A DNA stretch of 64,000 bases from assembly GCF_000372725.1 (NCBI RefSeq), contig NW_005202368.1:294293-358292 (forward strand), read 5' to 3'. The position numbers and the translations under genes are program-made. Under the pieces are notes generated by a model. That model worked only from the letters and a program-made list of their open reading frames with translations. It made no database searches and was not told the origin of the DNA. Position 1 is the stretch's first letter; every line of letters begins with the position of its first letter. Positions 61,201 to 64,000 of the stretch are shown here, piece after piece. The DNA comes from Emiliania huxleyi CCMP1516. Its lineage: Eukaryota.

Positions 61201-64000
61201 AGCGCACTCCACGCACGCGTCGCCGTCGGCAAGGTAGTGATTATCCGCGACGCAGAGCTGGCACTCGGGGCCGGCGAAGCCAGGGGCGCAGTACTTTGAG
61301 CCCGCCTCCACCATCCTCCGGCGGCGAGAGGCCTCTCTCGCCACCGGCTCGCTGCCGGCGCATCGCGTCTTGCCGGCCTTGCCATCGCCGCCAAAGAGAC
61401 GGCACTCTGTCATCACGGCGCTGGAGGGGCTGGCGCGCCAAAAGCCGCGCTTGACGCCGAGGGTCTCGAGGGTGGTATTGTCTGAGCAGACAGCGTGCGT
61501 CGGGCAAGGCTTGCAGTACTTGGTCGGGGATTTGAAGATGTCGTCCGGGTCGGCAGTCAAGGTCGGCAGGTAGTAGCCGCCCATGCAAAACGAGCAGGTG
61601 CTGCTGCCGTCGGCCGAGCTGAGGGGGTGAGGGCACGGGACGCAAAGGCCCTGGCCGGCGTTGGCGGCGTAATTGCCAGCCTCGCACTCGTCGCACGCGA
61701 AGCTGCCTGCCTTCGACGAGGTGCCGGGAGGGCAAGGCTCGCACTTGGCCTGCCCCTTGTTTTCGGCAAAAGTGCCAGGCGAGCACGGCGTCGGCTCGAT
61801 GCTGCCCGTGGAGCAGGCGCTGCCGGCGGGGCAGGCCGTGCACTCGCCCGCGTCGGCGAGGTCGGTCGCGTTCGCGTAAGTGCCGGAAACGCAAGGAAGC
61901 GCCGCCGCCGCGCCAACGGCGCAGTAGTGACCCGGCAAACACGCCTTGCACTCCGTCTTGCCGGTCTCATTCTGGTACGTGCCGCCGGCGCAGGGCGTGC
62001 ACTCGCCCTGCCCGTACGCGTCCGTGTACGACCCCTTGGCGCACACCGACTGCTCGGTGGAGCCGGCGGCGGCGAAGTGGCCCGGAGCGGCGTCGGTGCA
62101 CTCGCTCGCGGCGGTGAGGTTTGTGGCGTTCGAGTACGACCCGGCGGAGCAAGCAAGGGGGACTTCCGCGGTCCCTCTCGGGCAATAGCGGCCAGCAACG
62201 CAGGGCAGCGGCTCATAGGTCGCCTCTGTGGGGCACTGGGAGCCAGCGGGGCAGGGGCCGGCGCAGCTGCTGCTCGACTGGTCCTCGGGGTCGGCCGAGC
62301 CGAGGAGGCCGGCGGCGCAGGCGAAGGGGAAGTCCTGCTCGACGGGGAGAAGCGGCAGCTGGTAGAGGCTCTTGCCGAGGAGGGAGGGATCGCCGCCGGT
62401 CTCGTTGTTCCAGTTGCACGGCTGCACAAAGGTCGTGTCCTGGCAGTGCCACTCGCTTTTGACGTCGAGGGTGAGCGCGCAATGATCGCGGTGCTCGAGG
62501 CAAGCCGTTTGCTTCGGTGTAGGTTTGCCGTTGACGTCGTTGCCGTAAGAGCACGCCTCCCGGTACACCTCGCAGCGCGCGTTTGGCAGCCAGCGGCCGG
62601 CCGGGGCGGGGAGGGTGTAGGAGACCTCGCCAGCGAGTAGGAAGACGGAATTCCCCTGACCCTCAGCAGAGCAGCCGCTGATGAGGGTGCCGTCGCTCAG
62701 GGAGGTGCGCCCACCCGCCGAGTAAAGGCCGCCGCCAGACTCTGTGGCGATGCAGTTGGAGATGGTTGAGCGGGCCAGGCTGGCTGAGCCCGACGCAACG
62801 TACACTGCTCCGCCTCGCCTGGCATTGCAATCGGAGATGGTGGAGTCGGTCACGTTGAGGTCGGTGCCCCACGTGTATGTCGCTCCGCCGTCCTGCCAAG
62901 GAGGCGCGACAGGCCTTGTGGAGGGGCTGCAAGCACGAGGGGAGGCGCGGCGAGGCGGGCGGTGACTCTCCTTGCCTTGTCTTGAGCCTACTCACCTCTT
63001 CATGGGCGGTGTGGAGCTGCAAGGAAGTGGCTAGCTCTACGCGGCGCACAAAGTAAGCCGAGCAGCCCGTCGCCTTCGAGCTGGTTATCGAGACCGCACC
63101 GCTCTCAAGCGCGTTGACGACGCCGCCATACTGCGGTTGCGAGGAGAGAGCGGGGTGAGGCAGCCGTGGCCCTCTCCATCGCTCGCCCCGCTGCTATGTG
63201 GTGCAGGCTGCAGGGCGGCGGCTAGCTCTAAGCGGCGCACAGTGGCAGAGCAGTTCCTCAGGGTCGAGTCGATTATCGAGACCGCACCGCTGTTCACCGC
63301 GTAGACGACGCCGCCGTACTGCGGTTGCGAGGAGAGAGTGGGATGAGGCCAGCCGTGTCCCTCTCTATCTCTCGCCCCGTGGCTGCGAGGCGCACCTCGC
63401 CAGCCCAGCAGCCAGTCACGGTCGAGCCGATTATCGAGACCGCACTGCTGTCAGACGCGTGGACGACGCCGCCGTACTGCGGTTGCGAGGAGGGAGAGCG
63501 GGATATTAGGTAGGCGTGCCCTCCCCATCTCTCGCCCTGCTGCTGTCCGGCACTGCAGGGCGGCTAGCTCTAGCGCACATAAGAAGCAGAGCAGTCTCTG
63601 ACCGTCGAGTCGATGATCTCGACGTCGCCTGCGCCTTTCGCGTTCACAGCGCCGCCCCACTGCGGTTGCGAGAAGAAAGCGGGGTGAGACTGCCGTGGTC
63701 CATCTCACGCCCCGCTGCCGTATGGCGCTACTGGAGGTGGCTAGCTCTATGCGGCGCACCCTTTCAGCCGAGCAGCCAATCACGTTCGATCTGGTTATCG
63801 AGACCGCACCGCTGTTCCACGCCCTGACGACGCCGCCGGACTGCGGTTGCGAGGAGAGAGCGGGGTGAGGCAGACGGGCCCTCTATTTCTCGCCCCGATG
63901 CCGTGCGGCGCTGCAGGGCGGGCTGCTAGCTCTGCGCGGCGCACCCGGCCAGCCAAGCAGCCCGTCACGGTCGTGTCGATGAGCGAGACCACACTGCGAT
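58276..64000 (-). CDS. Receptor-like protein B (5'-truncated by the window edge): right-handed beta-helix/PMP-like repeats, Cys-rich GCC2-like repeats, about 8-9 TM helices, TIR plus a second TIR-like domain
   Basis: Paralogue of 15593-23488 from the Cys-rich stalk to the C-terminus (RLDASVEC, FLHREYK, WHLFLSHIWSTGQD, KVFLDVDDLKDIGALEEYI, NCLREI, ELIAGGLYKDLA). Long exon 62892-60634. Upstream mini-exons of 78-81 bp encode GGVV/GGAV repeats. Confidence 0.88.

Overview
GC-rich eukaryotic genomic DNA with many short, frequently GC-AG introns, 10-11 bp intronic minisatellites, dispersed repeats and three assembly gaps (7841-7940, 18083-18579, 27475-28445). These traits suggest a haptophyte such as Emiliania/Gephyrocapsa huxleyi (inference). 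All domain calls come from motif recognition by eye, not database searches. Supported genes: (1) two paralogous multi-pass membrane proteins that share a Cys-rich stalk, TM bundle and tandem TIR-like cytoplasmic tail but have different ectodomains, one an FG-GAP repeat array (15593-23488 +) and one a beta-helix built from one-repeat-per-exon cassettes with homologous introns (58276->64000 -); (2) an intronless ankyrin + Pelle/IRAK-like kinase with a possible HEPN-like tail (31659-35276 +); (3) a head-to-head flavohemoglobin / copper nitrite reductase (nirK) pair (44527-48191); (4) a divergent thymidylate-synthase-fold protein, a mitochondrial carrier, and SET, TPR, zf-CW, RING, CS-domain and discoidin-like proteins. 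The rest is largely fragments of RLE-type non-LTR retrotransposons, a MITE, SINE-like repeats and fold-back repeats. The best candidate for an undescribed system is an innate-immune-like set: modular TIR receptors plus a kinase whose domain order recalls RNase L, with an NO-making/NO-consuming gene pair nearby.
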